A stretch of DNA of 64,000 bases from an uncultured Gemmatimonadales bacterium (GTDB lineage Bacteria > Gemmatimonadota > Gemmatimonadetes > Gemmatimonadales > GWC2-71-9). Positions 34,409 to 46,215 of this stretch are shown here, piece after piece. The translations under genes and the position numbers were made by a program. The stretch's first letter is position 1; each line of letters starts with the position of its first letter. The stretch is from the NCBI GenBank assembly GCA_963739455.1, contig CAVUAK010000001.1:2272001-2336000 (forward strand), written 5' to 3'. The notes beneath the pieces were generated by a model. That model searched no databases. It saw nothing but the letters and a program-made list of their open reading frames with translations, and had not been told where the DNA came from.

Positions 34409-35470
34409 GCCGGAGGCCATGTCGCGCGCTCATCGAGCTGGCGTGGCAATGGCTGGGGCCGTGTAGCTCCGAATCCGCTGGTCGGTGCCGTGGTCCTTCG
34501 AGACGGCAAGATTGTTGGCGAGGGCTATCACGCCGAGTTTGGTGAGCGTCACGCGGAGGCGGTGGCACTGGAGGCGGCAGGGGACGGGGCTCGCGGGGCG
34601 ACGCTGGTTGTCACCCTCGAGCCCTGCGCGCACCAGGGGAAGCAGCCACCGTGCGCGGACCTGGTGCGGCGCGCGGGCATCAAACGGGTGGTGGTCGCCG
34701 TGGCGGACCCGAACCCGGTGGCGGCGGGTGGCTCCGAGTACCTGCGGCAGCATGGCGTCGAGGTGGAGATCGGGCTGATGCAGCGGGAGGCGTCGGCGCA
34801 GAACGCCGCGTTCCTCCATGCGCAGGGCGCGCGGCGCCGGCCCTACGTGGCGCTCAAGCTGGCGACGTCGCTCGATGCGCGGATTGCCGACCGGGAAGGA
34901 CGGTCGCGCTGGATCAGCGGGCCCGAGGCCCGCGCCTGGGTGCAGTGGCTGCGCGCCGGGTTCGACGCGATTGCCGTCGGCAGCAACACGGCACGGCTCG
35001 ACGATCCGTCGCTGACGGTGCGCGGCACGGTGGTGCCGCGACGGACACCGAGGCGGGTGGTGTTCGGCCGGAGCAGCGTCCTGTCGTCGGACGGCGCGCT
35101 GGCTCGCACCGCACGGGAAACGCCGACGACAGTGTTCGTCGCGCCGGGCACCGGGGCCGCACAGTCGGCGCTCGCGACCGCCGGTGTGGAGGTGCGCGAG
35201 ACGAAGTCGCTCGCAGCAGCGCTCGCGACGCTCCGCGACGAAGAGGTGGAGAGCGTGCTGGTGGAGGGCGGGGGACAGCTCGCCGGTGCGCTGCTGGCAG
35301 AGGACCTGGTGGACCGGCTGTACTGGGTACAGAGCCCGCTCTGGCTGGGCGATGGCGTCCCCGCGGTGACGGGACTGCCGGGCACGTCACTGGAACTGGC
35401 ACCGCGCTGGCGTGTGGTCGAGCGTCGCGCACTGGGAGAGGACACGCTACTCGTGGTGGATCGCCGCTAG
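34380..35470 (+). CDS. ribD: Riboflavin biosynthesis deaminase/reductase RibD (5' frameshifts; start 34380 or 34419)
   Basis: APNPLVGAV, HAE, TLEPCAHQGKQPPC, SRWISG, VEGG. Confidence 0.92.
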
Positions 35471-36079
35471 ATGTTTACCGGACTGGTGACAGCCATTGGT
35501 GTGGTGTCGCGCGCACGGCGCGATGACCAGGGCCTCGAGCTCGTCATCGACGCGCCCTACAAGGGCCTCGAACTGGGCGAGAGCATTGCCGTGGACGGGG
35601 CGTGCCTGACGGTCAAGGCGTTCGCCAATGCCGGGTTCGTGGTGCACATCATCGCCACGTCGCTCGACCGGACGGCGTTCGGCACATATGTCGCGGGACG
35701 CCGGGTAAACCTGGAGCGGGCGCTCCGGGTGGGTGACCGGATGGGTGGCCACCTGGTGCAGGGGCACGTCGATGGCGTGGGGCTGGTGCTGCACGTGAAG
35801 CACCACGAGGACGCGCGGCTGGTCGACATCAAGGTGCCGAGCGAGGTGTCACGGGTGAGTGTGCCGCTGGGCTCCGTCACCATCGACGGCGTGAGCCTGA
35901 CCGTGAATGCAATTCCGGAACCGGGCGTGATCCAGATCTCGCTGATTCCGTTTACCTTGGAACACACGACGCTGGGCGAGCGACGGCCGGCAGATGCAGT
36001 GCACGTCGAGGCCGACGTGCTCGGGAAGTACGTCGAGGGATTGCTGCTGCCGCACCTGGCACGGCTTCCCCACAATTGA
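35471..36079 (+). CDS. ribE: Riboflavin synthase
   Basis: [33 protein letters not shown]. Confidence 0.95.
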   Translation: MFTGLVTAIGVVSRARRDDQGLELVIDAPYKGLELGESIAVDGACLTVKAFANAGFVVHIIATSLDRTAFGTYVAGRRVNLERALRVGDRMGGHLVQGHVDGVGLVLHVKHHEDARLVDIKVPSEVSRVSVPLGSVTIDGVSLTVNAIPEPGVIQISLIPFTLEHTTLGERRPADAVHVEADVLGKYVEGLLLPHLARLPHN

Positions 36080-36098
36080 ACGAACGGACGAAGGCCGC

Positions 36099-37304
36099 AT
36101 GACACGCCACACCATCGAGCAGGCGATCGAAGACCTGCGCAACGGAAAGATCATCATCGTCGCCGATGACGAGCAGCGCGAGAACGAGGGCGACCTCGTC
36201 TGCGCGGCGGAACTGGTGACGCCGGAACTCATCAACTTCATGACCGTGCATGGCCGCGGGCTCATCTGCCTTGCCCTCCCGGGCGAGCGCTGCGATGAGC
36301 TGGGCCTGCCGCAGATGACCGAGCGGAACACCGAGGAACTGGGCACGGCGTTCACCGTGAGCATCGATGCCGACCGCCGTTTCGGCGTCACCACCGGCAT
36401 CTCGGCGGCGGACCGCTCGAGCACGATCCACGTGGCGCTCAACCCGCGCACCATCCCATCGGACCTGCGGCGCCCGGGGCACATCTTCCCGCTGCGTTCG
36501 CGCCCGGGTGGCGTGCTGCAGCGGGTCGGGCACACGGAAGGCAGCGTGGACTTTGCGCGGCTGGCGGGGCTCTACCCCGCGGGCGTGATCTGCGAGATTC
36601 TCAGCGCCGACGGCTCGATGGCGCGGCGGCCGCAGCTGATGGAGCTGGCGGAGAAGCTCAACCTGACGTTCGTGACGCTGGCGCAGCTTGTTGCCTACCG
36701 GCTCCGCACCGAGCGGCTGGTGCATCGGATCGCCGAGGCGCGGCTGCCGACGCCATTCGGCGAGTTCCGCATCGTGGGGTACCGGAACGACGTGGACCAG
36801 GCGGAGCATGTGGCGCTGATCATGGGCCATGTGGAAGGGGAGAAGAACGTGCTGGTGCGAATGCACTCCAAGTGCCTCACCGGCGACGTGTTCGGCTCGC
36901 GGCGCTGCGACTGCGGGGACCAGCTTCACGCCGCGATGCGCCAGATCGGCGAGGCGGGGCGCGGCGTGATCGTGTACCTCGACCAGGAGGGCCGCGGCAT
37001 CGGGTTGCTCAACAAGCTCCGCGCATACGAGCTGCAGGACACCGGTGTGGATACGGTGGCCGCGAACCAGCGGCTCGGGTTTGCGCCCGACCTCCGCAAC
37101 TACGGCATCGGGGCACAGATCCTCCGGGACCTGGGCCTCTCGGCGATCCGCATCATGACCAACAACCCGCGCAAGCTCGTCGGTGTCGACGGGTATGGAC
37201 TTGAAATCGTGGAACGCGTGCCGCTGATCACCAGTCCCACCGACGAGAACCGCAGCTATCTCGACGTGAAGCGCGACAAGCTCGGCCACCTCTTCGCCCA
37301 CTGA
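36099..37304 (+). CDS. ribBA: DHBP synthase / GTP cyclohydrolase II
   Basis: [43 protein letters not shown]. Confidence 0.95.
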   Translation: MTRHTIEQAIEDLRNGKIIIVADDEQRENEGDLVCAAELVTPELINFMTVHGRGLICLALPGERCDELGLPQMTERNTEELGTAFTVSIDADRRFGVTTGISAADRSSTIHVALNPRTIPSDLRRPGHIFPLRSRPGGVLQRVGHTEGSVDFARLAGLYPAGVICEILSADGSMARRPQLMELAEKLNLTFVTLAQLVAYRLRTERLVHRIAEARLPTPFGEFRIVGYRNDVDQAEHVALIMGHVEGEKNVLVRMHSKCLTGDVFGSRRCDCGDQLHAAMRQIGEAGRGVIVYLDQEGRGIGLLNKLRAYELQDTGVDTVAANQRLGFAPDLRNYGIGAQILRDLGLSAIRIMTNNPRKLVGVDGYGLEIVERVPLITSPTDENRSYLDVKRDKLGHLFAH

Positions 37305-37306
37305 TC

Positions 37307-37778
37307 GTGCCAGAATATCTCCGGGGAACGCCGCCACGTCGGTCCCGTGGCGGTCCTTGTCAGCCGCTACAACGAACTGGTCACCCGCCGCCTGCTCGAC
37401 GGTGCGCTCGCGTGCGCCCAGGAGGCGGGCATCGCGGATGAGGAGATCGACGTCGTGTGGGTTCCGGGTGCGTTCGAGCTCGGTGCAGCGGCGGCGGAAC
37501 TGGCGGGCAGCGGGCGCTACTCGGCGCTGGTGGCGCTGGGCGCGGTCATCCGGGGCGAGACGCCGCACTTCGAGTACGTGGCAGGCGAGGCAGCGCGCGC
37601 GCTCAGCGCGGTGGCGCTGCAGCACGTGATCGCGGTGGCGTTCGGGGTGCTGACGGTGGACACGATGGAACAGGCGACCGACCGGGCCGGCGGCAAGGCG
37701 GGGAACAAGGGCCACGAGGCGATGAGTGCGGCGCTCGAGCTGGCCGACGTCATGCGCCAGTTGCGGGAGCGCCCATGA
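37307..37778 (+). CDS. ribH: 6,7-dimethyl-8-ribityllumazine synthase (probable 5' frameshift)
   Basis: VPGAFE, GAVIRGETPHFEYV, FGVLT, GNKG. Confidence 0.93.
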
Positions 37779-38188
37779 TCCGACGGGAAACCCGCTGCCG
37801 GGCGCGGGCACTGCAGATGCTGTACGCGTGGGAACTGCAAGGCGTCTCGCCGATGCACGACGTGGCGACGGGCATTGCGCGGATCACGGGGCCGGAGCCG
37901 ACGGTGTTCGACGGGGCGGAGCTGCTCGCCATTGCGGTGGTCGAGGATGCCGACGTGCTCGATCGCGAGGTGGAGGAAGCGACGGACAACTGGCGCCTCG
38001 AGCGCATGGGCGTGGTGGAGCGGATCATCCTGCGCCTTGGCATCCATGAACTTCGCACCGGTGACGTGCCACCCAAGGTGGCGATCGACGAGGCGGTGCG
38101 GCTGGCGCACTGGTTCGGCGGCGCGCGGGCACCGGCATTCGTGAACGGCGTCCTCGACCGGGTCGCCCATACGCTCGGCCGCCTGTGA
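37775..38188 (+). CDS. nusB: Transcription antitermination factor NusB
   Basis: RARALQMLY, NWRLERM, VAIDEAV, FVNGVLD; follows ribH. Confidence 0.92.
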   Translation: MIRRETRCRARALQMLYAWELQGVSPMHDVATGIARITGPEPTVFDGAELLAIAVVEDADVLDREVEEATDNWRLERMGVVERIILRLGIHELRTGDVPPKVAIDEAVRLAHWFGGARAPAFVNGVLDRVAHTLGRL

Positions 38189-39307
38189 ACATCCTGCTGG
38201 TGAACTGGCAGGACGTGCGCAATCCGCAGGCGGGCGGGGCCGAGATCCACCTCTTCGAAATCTTCAGCCGGCTGGCGGCGCGCGGGCACCGGGTACGGCT
38301 GATCTGCTCCAACTGGGTCGGTGGGGAAGCACAGGAGGAGGTGCGGGGCATCGAGGTGCATCGCTTCGGCGGCCGGCACTCGTTTGCGCTGCAGGCACGC
38401 GGCGCGGTGCGGCGGGCACTCCGGGCGGAACGCGCCGACATCGTGTGCGAGGACATCAACAAGCTGCCGCTGTTCCTGGCGGGGATGACGCCGCTGCCGT
38501 TCTGCGCGATCATCCCGCACCTGTTCGGGAGCACGGCGTTCGAGGAAGCGTCGTGGCCGATGGCGGCGACGGTGTGGCTCGCGGAGCAGCCGATTGCGCT
38601 GGCGTACCGCCGCGCCGGCTTTCATGCGATCAGCGAGAGCACGCGGGACGACCTGGTGGCGCGCGGCGTGGCGCGCGAGCAGATCCAGGTGATCCATCCG
38701 GGCGTCGATTGCGTACGGTACCACCCGGACCCGGCGGTGGGCCGGACAGCCGACCCGACCTTTGTGTATGTTGGGAGGTTGAAGCGTTACAAGAAGGTCA
38801 CCGTCGCCATCCAGGCCCTTGCCCTGGCGCGGCGGGAGCGGCCGGAGCTGCGACTCGACATTGCCGGCGGCGGCGACCACCTGGAGGAGCTGCAGCAGCT
38901 TGCCCAGGGAGATGGGCCAGACGGACGCGGTGCGGTTCCTGGGGTTCGTGAGCGAAGAGGAGAAGGTGCGACTCTTCCGCAGCGCCTGGGCCAACGTCTT
39001 TCCGTCGCCCAAGGAAGGGTGGGGTATCACGGTGATGGAGGCAGCGGCCTGCGGCACGCCGTCGATTGCCTCAGACAGTCCGGGGCTGCGCGACTCGGTG
39101 CGCGCGGGGGTGACCGGATGGCTGGTGCCGCATGGTGACGCGGCGGCGCTGGCGCAGCAGTACCTGACACTGGCTGGTGATCGCAGCCTGGTGGACCGGT
39201 TCGGCGTGGCGGCACGACAGCACGCGGAGCGGCTCACGTGGGATGCGGCGGCCGGCCAGACCGAAGTGCAATTGCAGAACCTCGTCTCTCACGCCGACTT
39301 CCGCTGA
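38185..39307 (+). CDS. Glycosyltransferase family 4 (frameshift near 38905)
   Basis: NPQAGGAE, YVGRLKRYK, EGWGITVMEAAACGTP. Confidence 0.88.
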
Positions 39308-39321
39308 CGCCAGGAGGATTC

Positions 39322-39639
39322 GTGCAGATTACCGTCACGGCCCGTCACTGCGAAATTTCCGAACTGCTGCAGGAGCGCGCCAACACCATCGCCGACCGGG
39401 TGAGCGTGCTGGCCATCCGACCGATCAGTTGCACCATCGTGTTCGACGTCGAAGGCACCCAGTCACTGGCGGAACTGCGCCTGCTCGATGCGCGCGGCGA
39501 CACGCTGGTGAGCCGGGGCGAGGGTCCGGATCATCGCTCGGCGCTCGATCGCGCCGAGGAACGGCTCAAGCGACAGCTCGAGACGGCGTCGGGCCGGCAG
39601 CGGCGGGCGCGGCGCGCCCCCGAGGCCGCCGAGGGCTGA
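39322..39639 (+). CDS. hpf: Ribosome hibernation factor HPF/RaiA family
   Basis: QITVTARH..., ALDRAEERLKRQL; SD GGAGG; position before hprK. Confidence 0.8.
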   Translation: MQITVTARHCEISELLQERANTIADRVSVLAIRPISCTIVFDVEGTQSLAELRLLDARGDTLVSRGEGPDHRSALDRAEERLKRQLETASGRQRRARRAPEAAEG

Positions 39640-40604
39640 TGTTCCGTCTTCGCGATTTCCTGGAGCGGCCGGACGACCCGCTCCAGCTGGAGGCGCTGAC
39701 CGGCGACGTGGGCCTGGACCGGTCGGTGCCCGACCCGGAGGTCGCGAGCCCGGGCCTGGCCCTGGCGGGCTACACCGGACGTTTCGCGCCGCAGCGCCTC
39801 CACGTGCTGGGCGAGACGGAGATCATGTATCTCGCGTCGCTGCCGGCGTCCGAACGGCATCGCCTCCTCTCCAATCTTTTCTCCTTCGACCTGCCATGCC
39901 TCTTCGTGACGAAGGGGCTCGAGGTGCCGAGCGAGCTTCTCGAGCTGGCGCGCGAGAAGGGCGTGCCGGTCCTGCGCTCGCGGCTCAAGACGGCGGAGTT
40001 CTACCGCCGGATCAAGCCGCTGGTGGAGGAGGCGTTTGCACCGCGCACCACGCTGCACGGGTCGCTGGCCGACGTGTATGGCGTGGGCCTCCTCTTCGTG
40101 GGTCGCTCGGGCATCGGCAAGAGCGAATGCGTGCTCGACCTGGTGGAGCGCGGGCACCGGCTGGTGGCGGACGACGTGGTGCAGGTGACGCGCCGCGGCA
40201 CCGACATCCTGATCGGGCGGGGCCACGAGCTGGCGGGGCACCACATGGAGATCCGTGGCATCGGGCTGATCGACGTGCAGTCGCTCTTCGGCATCCGCGC
40301 GGTGCGGCAGCAGAAGCGCATCGAGGTGGTGGTGCAGCTCGAGGACTGGGAGACGGCGCGGGACACGACGGAGCGGACCGGCCTGGCGCACCAGACGACG
40401 GACGTGCTGGGCGTCCCGATCCCGATGGTGGTGGTGCCGCTCAACCCGGGAAAGAACATCACCGTGGTGTCCGAGGTGGTCGCGATGATGCACCTGCTGC
40501 GCTATGCCGGCGTCGATGTCGCCGCGGCGTTCAATGACCGCCTCATCAAGCGCATGAAAGAGAAGCGCGGCCTCAAGAGCTATCTCCAGGAAGACTATGA
40601 GTGA
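39639..40604 (+). CDS. hprK: HPr kinase/phosphorylase
   Basis: GRSGIGKSE, GHRLVADD, MEIRGIG. Confidence 0.95.
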   Translation: MFRLRDFLERPDDPLQLEALTGDVGLDRSVPDPEVASPGLALAGYTGRFAPQRLHVLGETEIMYLASLPASERHRLLSNLFSFDLPCLFVTKGLEVPSELLELAREKGVPVLRSRLKTAEFYRRIKPLVEEAFAPRTTLHGSLADVYGVGLLFVGRSGIGKSECVLDLVERGHRLVADDVVQVTRRGTDILIGRGHELAGHHMEIRGIGLIDVQSLFGIRAVRQQKRIEVVVQLEDWETARDTTERTGLAHQTTDVLGVPIPMVVVPLNPGKNITVVSEVVAMMHLLRYAGVDVAAAFNDRLIKRMKEKRGLKSYLQEDYE

Positions 40605-40974
40605 CCAGCTGCGCGGCGTGATCGTCTGTCACGGCGCGCTGGCCCGGGCGCTGGTGGACGCCACGGCACAGATCTCGGGGATGGCCGACGGGCTGGTACC
40701 GGTGTCGAACTCGGGCTGTGACCGGGGCGACCTCGAGGCGCGGGTGGAAGCCGCGGTGGGCACGGAGCCAACGGTGGTGTTCGTGGACATGGCGAGCGGG
40801 TCGTGCCTGTTCGCGGTGCTGCGGCGGCTGCGCGAACGGCCCAACGTGCGCGTGGTGACGGGCGTCAACCTGGCGATGCTGCTCGACTTCGTCTTTCACC
40901 GCGAGCTCTCGCCGGATGACGCGGCGAAGCGCGCGGTCGAGATCGGCGAGAAGGCGATCCAGGTTTCGGCATGA
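40597..40974 (+). CDS. PTS mannose-family EIIA
   Basis: VCHG (phospho-His), VDMASGS, VTGVNLAML. Confidence 0.88.
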   Translation: MSDQLRGVIVCHGALARALVDATAQISGMADGLVPVSNSGCDRGDLEARVEAAVGTEPTVVFVDMASGSCLFAVLRRLRERPNVRVVTGVNLAMLLDFVFHRELSPDDAAKRAVEIGEKAIQVSA

Positions 40975-41447
40975 CGCTGGTGCTCTGCCGCGTCGATGAC
41001 CGGTTGATTCATGGGCAGGTCGTGGTGGGGTGGGGGCAGCCGCTCGGTATCCAGCGCTACATCCTGGCCGACGACGAGGTGGCCCTGAGCGACTGGGAGC
41101 AGGACCTCTACCGGATGGCAGTGCCGAAGGGACTCGAAGTGGTGTTCGCCACGGTGGCGAGTGCGGGGGCACAGCTTCGCGCATGGGACGCCGACAGCCC
41201 GCGCACGGCGGTGCTGCTCGGCAGCGTCGAGGCGGCCGCCCAGCTGTATCACGCGGCACCGACCATCGTTCGCAAGATCAATCTCGGGGGCATTCATCAC
41301 CGGCCGGGCCGGGTGGAGCGCCTGCCGTATGTGTATCTCAGTCCCGATGAGGCGCGCCTGCTGACCGCGCTGGCCACCGAGGGTGCGGAGATCGTGGGCC
41401 AGGACCTGCCGACGGCGACGCCGGTGCCACTCGGATCGATGACGTGA
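40971..41447 (+). CDS. PTS mannose/sorbose-family EIIB
   Basis: RVDDRLIHGQV, INLGG. Confidence 0.92.
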   Translation: MTLVLCRVDDRLIHGQVVVGWGQPLGIQRYILADDEVALSDWEQDLYRMAVPKGLEVVFATVASAGAQLRAWDADSPRTAVLLGSVEAAAQLYHAAPTIVRKINLGGIHHRPGRVERLPYVYLSPDEARLLTALATEGAEIVGQDLPTATPVPLGSMT

Positions 41448-42129
41448 GTCCGCTGGATCCCGGGACGCTGCTCCTGCTCCTCGGCTGGGGCACGCTGGTG
41501 GCGCTCGACCTGGTGAGCGTACCGCAGGCGATGTACGCGCGGCCGCTGGTGGCGGGCACGGTGGCAGGGCTCATCGCCGGCGACGTGACGACGGGGCTCG
41601 CGCTGGGCGTGCTGCTCGAGCTGTTCGCGCTCGACGTGCTGCCGGTTGGTGCCGCGCGCTATCCCGATCATGGCCCGGCCACGGTGGCGGCGGTGGCCGC
41701 GGCGGCGGGGGCGCCCTGGCCGGAACGAATGGGCACCGCGGTGCTGCTGGCGTTGCTGCTTGCGGTGCTGGGCGGGATGGAGCCTGCAGCGTCTCCGTCA
41801 CCGCAATGCAGAGGCACTGCACGGCCGGGCGGCGGCGCTGGCGGCCGGGAGCCAGCCGGGGCTCCGCGCGCTGCAGTGGGGCGGATTGGGGCGGGATGCG
41901 ATCCGGGGCGTGCTGCTCACGGCGCTGGGACTCGCGGGGGCACTCGCTGCTGCGCGCGTTCCCGCCGGTTCCCGCCCGGCTGCAGGGACTCCTCGCGGCG
42001 GCGGCGATCGGCTGCGCGCTCGCGGCGGTGGCAGGAGGTGCGGCGCGGAGCGCAGGTCGCGGACCCCGGCTCTACTGGCTGCTCGCGGGACTCGCGGCCG
42101 GACTGGTCATCGCATTCGGTCTCGGATGA
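41444..42129 (+). CDS. PTS mannose-family EIIC (frameshifted)
   Basis: QAMYARPLVAG, LELFAL..PVGAA.YPD. Confidence 0.85.
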
Positions 42130-42866
42130 AGACACAGGGCAGGGTGCGGGCGTTCGCGCGGTTGTTCGCGATCCAGGGCGACTGGAACTACGAGCGCATG
42201 CTGGGCATCGGCATGGGGTACGCGGCGGAACCGCTGCTCGACGAACTCAAGACACGCGACCCGGCGCGACACACGGCGGCGGTGGTGCGGTCCGCGGAGT
42301 TCTTCAACTGCAACCCGAACCTCGCGGGGCTGGCGCTTGGTGCGCTGGCGCGGGCCGAGCGTGACGGGGTCCCGGGGGAGCAGGTGAGCCGGCTCCGGAC
42401 GGCGCTGTGCGGTCCCCTCGGCGCGATCGGCGACCGGCTGTTCTGGGCGGGCGTGGTGCCGGCGCTCTCGGCGCTGGCGATCGCCGCGGTGGTGCTCGGA
42501 GCCGGGGTGTGGGCCGTCGCCGGGTTCCTGCTGGTGTACAACACGCTCCGGGTGGGCACTGCGTGGTGGTCGCTCCGCACCGGACTGCGCGAAGGACTGC
42601 AGGTGGGTGGCGCGGTGGGCCGTTCGTGGCTGCCGAAGGCGGCTGAGCGGGTGGGGCCGCTGGCAGGGTTCGCTGTGGGGCTCGCGGTGCCGCTGGCCGG
42701 CAAGTGGCTGCTGAAGGGGCTGGCGCCGCAGGCCATGGTGCTGGCGGTGTTGCTGGCGACGGGTGGTGTGGCGCTCTCCCGATGGGGCGGCACGCACTAC
42801 AGTGCGGTACGCTATGCCCTGGTGGTGCTGGTCCTGCTGGCAGCCGGAGGGATGGTGATGCTGTGA
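42126..42866 (+). CDS. PTS mannose-family EIID
   Basis: IQGDWNYERM, FFNCNP, GPLGAIGD.LFW. Confidence 0.9.
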   Translation: MKTQGRVRAFARLFAIQGDWNYERMLGIGMGYAAEPLLDELKTRDPARHTAAVVRSAEFFNCNPNLAGLALGALARAERDGVPGEQVSRLRTALCGPLGAIGDRLFWAGVVPALSALAIAAVVLGAGVWAVAGFLLVYNTLRVGTAWWSLRTGLREGLQVGGAVGRSWLPKAAERVGPLAGFAVGLAVPLAGKWLLKGLAPQAMVLAVLLATGGVALSRWGGTHYSAVRYALVVLVLLAAGGMVML

Positions 42867-43130
42867 CCGAGCGCACGATCGAGATCGTCAACTCGCTGGG
42901 ACTCCATGCCCGGCCGGCGGCGCAATTCGTCCGGCTGGCCGCGGGCTTTGCCTCCGAGATCGAGCTTGCGCGCGACGAAATGTCGGTGAACGGCAAGAGC
43001 ATCATGGGGGTGATGATGCTCGCGGCGGAGTGCGGCAGCAGCGTGGTCGTGCGGGCCACGGGCGTCGACGAGGAGGCGGCCGTCGCCGCGCTCGAGGCAG
43101 CTCATTCGCAACGGGTTCGGCGAGACGTGA
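42863..43130 (+). CDS. ptsH: Phosphocarrier protein HPr (one-base frameshift near 43097)
   Basis: GLHARPAA (His15), GKSIMGVMML (Ser46); the shifted frame gives LIRNGFGET-TGA. Confidence 0.9.
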
Positions 43131-43132
43131 GC

Positions 43133-44950
43133 ATGCACCAGCAGCTCCGCGGCATCGGCGTGTCGCCGGGCGTGGCGTTCGCGCGCACGGTGCTGATGCG
43201 GCCGAACTTCCCGGAGATCCCGGATCGCACCGTGCGGCCCGAGGAGGTGGAGGGCGAGGTCCAGCGACTGCGCGCCGCGGTGGCGACGGTGGTGGGGCAC
43301 CTGGAGGAGCTGGGCCGCAAGGTGCTCGAGCGGGCGGGCGAGGAAGAGTCGCGGATCTTCGACGCGCAGACGCTCATGGTGCAGGACGACGAGTTCCTCG
43401 CGTCGGCCGAAGTACTCATCCGCAACAACCTCCTGTCCGCCGAAACGGCCTACGAGTTCAAGGCCCTCGAGCTGCGCGCGCTCTGGTCGGCGTCGCAGAG
43501 CGCGCACCTGCGCGACCGGCTGGCCGACCTGCACGCGATCCAGCTCCGCATGCTCAACGTGCTGATGGGGCGCTCGGGCCAGGACATCTGGTCGCTGCCG
43601 CACGACGAGCAGATGATCGTGGTGGCGCACGAGCTGTCGCCGGGGCTGACGGTGCAGCTCGATCGCGAGCACGTGGTGGGGCTGATCAGCGAGGAGGGCA
43701 CGCGGACGTCGCACGCCGCGATCCTGGCGCACTCGCTCGGCATCCCGACGGTGATGGGCGTCAGCGGCGCGCTGGCGAAGATCCCCGAGGGGACGCTGGT
43801 GCTGATCGACGGCCAGGCGGGCGTCATCACGGTGGACCCGACGCCGGTGGAGCTGGAGGAAGCGAAGGTCCAGATCAGCCGGCGTCACCGGCTCGAGTTC
43901 CAGCTGGAGAGCGTGGTGGCGCTGCCGGCGGAGACGCCGGACGGCGTGCGCGTCAGCATGATGGGCAACGTGGACCTGCCGGACGAGATCGAGTCGGCGA
44001 TGCGCTCGGGTGCCGAGGGCGTGGGCCTGCTGCGCACCGAGTTCCTGCTGACCGGTCGCGCCGCGCTGCCGACCGAGGCGGAGCAGTACGCGTACTTCAA
44101 GCGGGTGAGCCTCGCGTTCCCCAGCAGCCCGGTGATCATCCGCTCGTACGACCTGGGCGGCGACAAGTTCCCGGCGATGTTCCGCATGCCGCAGGAGGCG
44201 AACCCGTTCCTCGGGTGGCGCTCGATCCGGGTGTGCCTGGACCAGCCGGAGGTGTTCCGCACGCAGCTGCGCGCGGTGCTGCGCGCGGCGGCCGATCGCA
44301 ACGTGCAGCTGATGCTGCCGCTGGTGACGCGGGTGGATGAGGTGACCGACACGCGGGCGCTGCTGGAAGAGGAGCGCCAGTCGCTGGTCAAGGGCGGGTT
44401 CCGCGCGGCGTCGCAACTGCGGGTGGGCGTGATGATCGAGACGCCGGCGGCGGTGCTCATCGCGGACAAGCTGGCCGAGGTGAGCGACTTCTTCAGCGTG
44501 GGCAGCAACGACCTGACGCAGTACACGCTGGCGCTCGACCGCGGCAACGCGCGGCTGGCGGAGCGCTTCACGTCGCATCACCCGGCGGTGGTGCGGCAGC
44601 TGGCGCAGATCGTGGCGGCCGCGGCGACGCGGAACCTGCCGGCGAGCGTGTGCGGCGAGATGGCGTCGGAGCCGTTGAGCGCGGTGCTCCTCATGGGACT
44701 CGGCTTCCGCATCTTCAGCATCGCGCCGCCGTCGATCCCGCTGGTGAAGTGGGTCATTCGCAGCGTGCCGCTCTCGGCGGCGCGCGCCGCGGCCGACGCG
44801 GCGCTCGATGCGCGGGGCCCGGCCGACGTGGACGAGGCGCTCCGCGAGGCGGTGGCGCCGCACGTGGACCTGCGCCTGATCGACCCTCACGCTGCGTTGC
44901 AGGCCCGTGGGCGCGTCGTTAGCTTGCCCAGTCCACCACAGTCGTCCTGA
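43133..44950 (+). CDS. ptsI: PEP-protein phosphotransferase (Enzyme I)
   Basis: [42 protein letters not shown]. Confidence 0.95.
   Translation: MHQQLRGIGVSPGVAFARTVLMRPNFPEIPDRTVRPEEVEGEVQRLRAAVATVVGHLEELGRKVLERAGEEESRIFDAQTLMVQDDEFLASAEVLIRNNLLSAETAYEFKALELRALWSASQSAHLRDRLADLHAIQLRMLNVLMGRSGQDIWSLPHDEQMIVVAHELSPGLTVQLDREHVVGLISEEGTRTSHAAILAHSLGIPTVMGVSGALAKIPEGTLVLIDGQAGVITVDPTPVELEEAKVQISRRHRLEFQLESVVALPAETPDGVRVSMMGNVDLPDEIESAMRSGAEGVGLLRTEFLLTGRAALPTEAEQYAYFKRVSLAFPSSPVIIRSYDLGGDKFPAMFRMPQEANPFLGWRSIRVCLDQPEVFRTQLRAVLRAAADRNVQLMLPLVTRVDEVTDTRALLEEERQSLVKGGFRAASQLRVGVMIETPAAVLIADKLAEVSDFFSVGSNDLTQYTLALDRGNARLAERFTSHHPAVVRQLAQIVAAAATRNLPASVCGEMASEPLSAVLLMGLGFRIFSIAPPSIPLVKWVIRSVPLSAARAAADAALDARGPADVDEALREAVAPHVDLRLIDPHAALQARGRVVSLPSPPQSS
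44897..44925 (+). promoter_or_regulatory. Putative sigma70 promoter for metK inside the ptsI 3' end
   Basis: TTGCAG-N17-TAGCTT. Confidence 0.45.
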
Positions 44951-44985
44951 ACGGGCCGACGAGGCTCCTCTTTTCCCCCAGGATC

Positions 44986-46194
44986 ATGGCGAAGAACACC
45001 AAGCACGTCTTCACGTCCGAGTCCGTCACGGAAGGTCATCCCGACAAGGTCGCCGACGCGATCTCCGATGCGGTGCTGGACGCGATCCTCGCCGATGATC
45101 CCCGGGCCCGCGTGGCCTGTGAAACGCTGGTCACGACCGGCATGGCCGTGGTGGCGGGCGAGATCACCACGACGACGTACGTGCACATTCCCGACATCGT
45201 CCGCGAGACGCTGAACCGCATCGGCTACACCGACGCCAACTTCGGCATCGACGGCCGCACCTGCGCGGTGCTGAGCACCATCGACCGCCAGTCGCCGGAC
45301 ATCGCGATGGGCGTGGACCGCGAGGGTGCGGGCGACCAGGGCATGATGTTCGGCTACGCCAGCGACGAGACGCGCGAGCTGATGCCGCTGCCGATCATGC
45401 TGGCGCACCGCATCACCGAGCGCCTCGCGGCGGTGCGCAAGGGTGCCGACGGGAAGAAGCCGGTCGAGTGGCTCCGTCCCGACGGCAAGAGCCAGGTGTC
45501 GGTGGAGTACGATGGCGACCGCCCGGTGCGGGTGAAGACGGTGGTGGTGTCCACGCAGCACGCGGAGCGGTACAACGGCCGTGAGCTGAGCCAGGGCACG
45601 ATCCGTCGCACCGTCATCGAGCAGGTCATCAAGCCGGTGCTGCGCGCGGCGAAGCTCGATCCGCGCGGGGTCAAGTTCTTCATCAACCCGACCGGCCGGT
45701 TCGTCATCGGCGGCCCGCACGGCGATGCCGGCCTCACCGGCCGCAAGATCATCGTCGACACGTACGGCGGCATGGCGCGGCACGGCGGCGGCGCGTTCAG
45801 CGGCAAGGACCCGTCGAAGGTGGACCGGTCGGCGGCGTACGCGATGCGCTGGGTGGCGAAGAACATCGTCGCGGCGAAGCTGGCGCGCCGCTGCGAGGTG
45901 CAGGTGGCGTACGCCATCGGCGTGGCCGACCCGGTGTCGGTGATGGTGCAGACGTTCGGCACCGGCACGGTGCCCGACGGCAAGCTCGAAGCGGCGGTGC
46001 GTGAGGTGTTCGACCTGACGCCGCGCGGCATCATCACCGCGCTCAAGCTGCGGAAGCCGATCTACTCGGCCACCTCGGCGTATGGCCACTTCGGCCGGAA
46101 GCCGTACAGCAAGCGCATCGACGGCCGGATCGTCGATTTCTTCACCTGGGAGCGGACCGACAAGGCGCAGGCGCTCATTCGCGCCCTGCGCTAG
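44986..46194 (+). CDS. metK: S-adenosylmethionine synthetase
   Basis: [28 protein letters not shown]. Confidence 0.97.
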   Translation: MAKNTKHVFTSESVTEGHPDKVADAISDAVLDAILADDPRARVACETLVTTGMAVVAGEITTTTYVHIPDIVRETLNRIGYTDANFGIDGRTCAVLSTIDRQSPDIAMGVDREGAGDQGMMFGYASDETRELMPLPIMLAHRITERLAAVRKGADGKKPVEWLRPDGKSQVSVEYDGDRPVRVKTVVVSTQHAERYNGRELSQGTIRRTVIEQVIKPVLRAAKLDPRGVKFFINPTGRFVIGGPHGDAGLTGRKIIVDTYGGMARHGGGAFSGKDPSKVDRSAAYAMRWVAKNIVAAKLARRCEVQVAYAIGVADPVSVMVQTFGTGTVPDGKLEAAVREVFDLTPRGIITALKLRKPIYSATSAYGHFGRKPYSKRIDGRIVDFFTWERTDKAQALIRALR

Positions 46195-46215
46195 ACGGCG
46201 GTCCGGATCGGTGGC

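Noticed and set aside
34326..34420. FMN riboswitch upstream of ribD
   Set aside because: The region is heptamer repeat and lacks RFN conserved motifs
42863..44950. Apparent HPr-Enzyme I fusion (748-aa ORF)
   Set aside because: Removing one base near 43097 gives the canonical HPr ending LIRNGFGET-stop at 43130, and ptsI has its own ATG at 43133; most likely an indel error
44926..44985. SAM riboswitch upstream of metK
   Set aside because: Leader is short, with only a small hairpin and no recognisable SAM-I, SAM-II or SAM-SAH consensus
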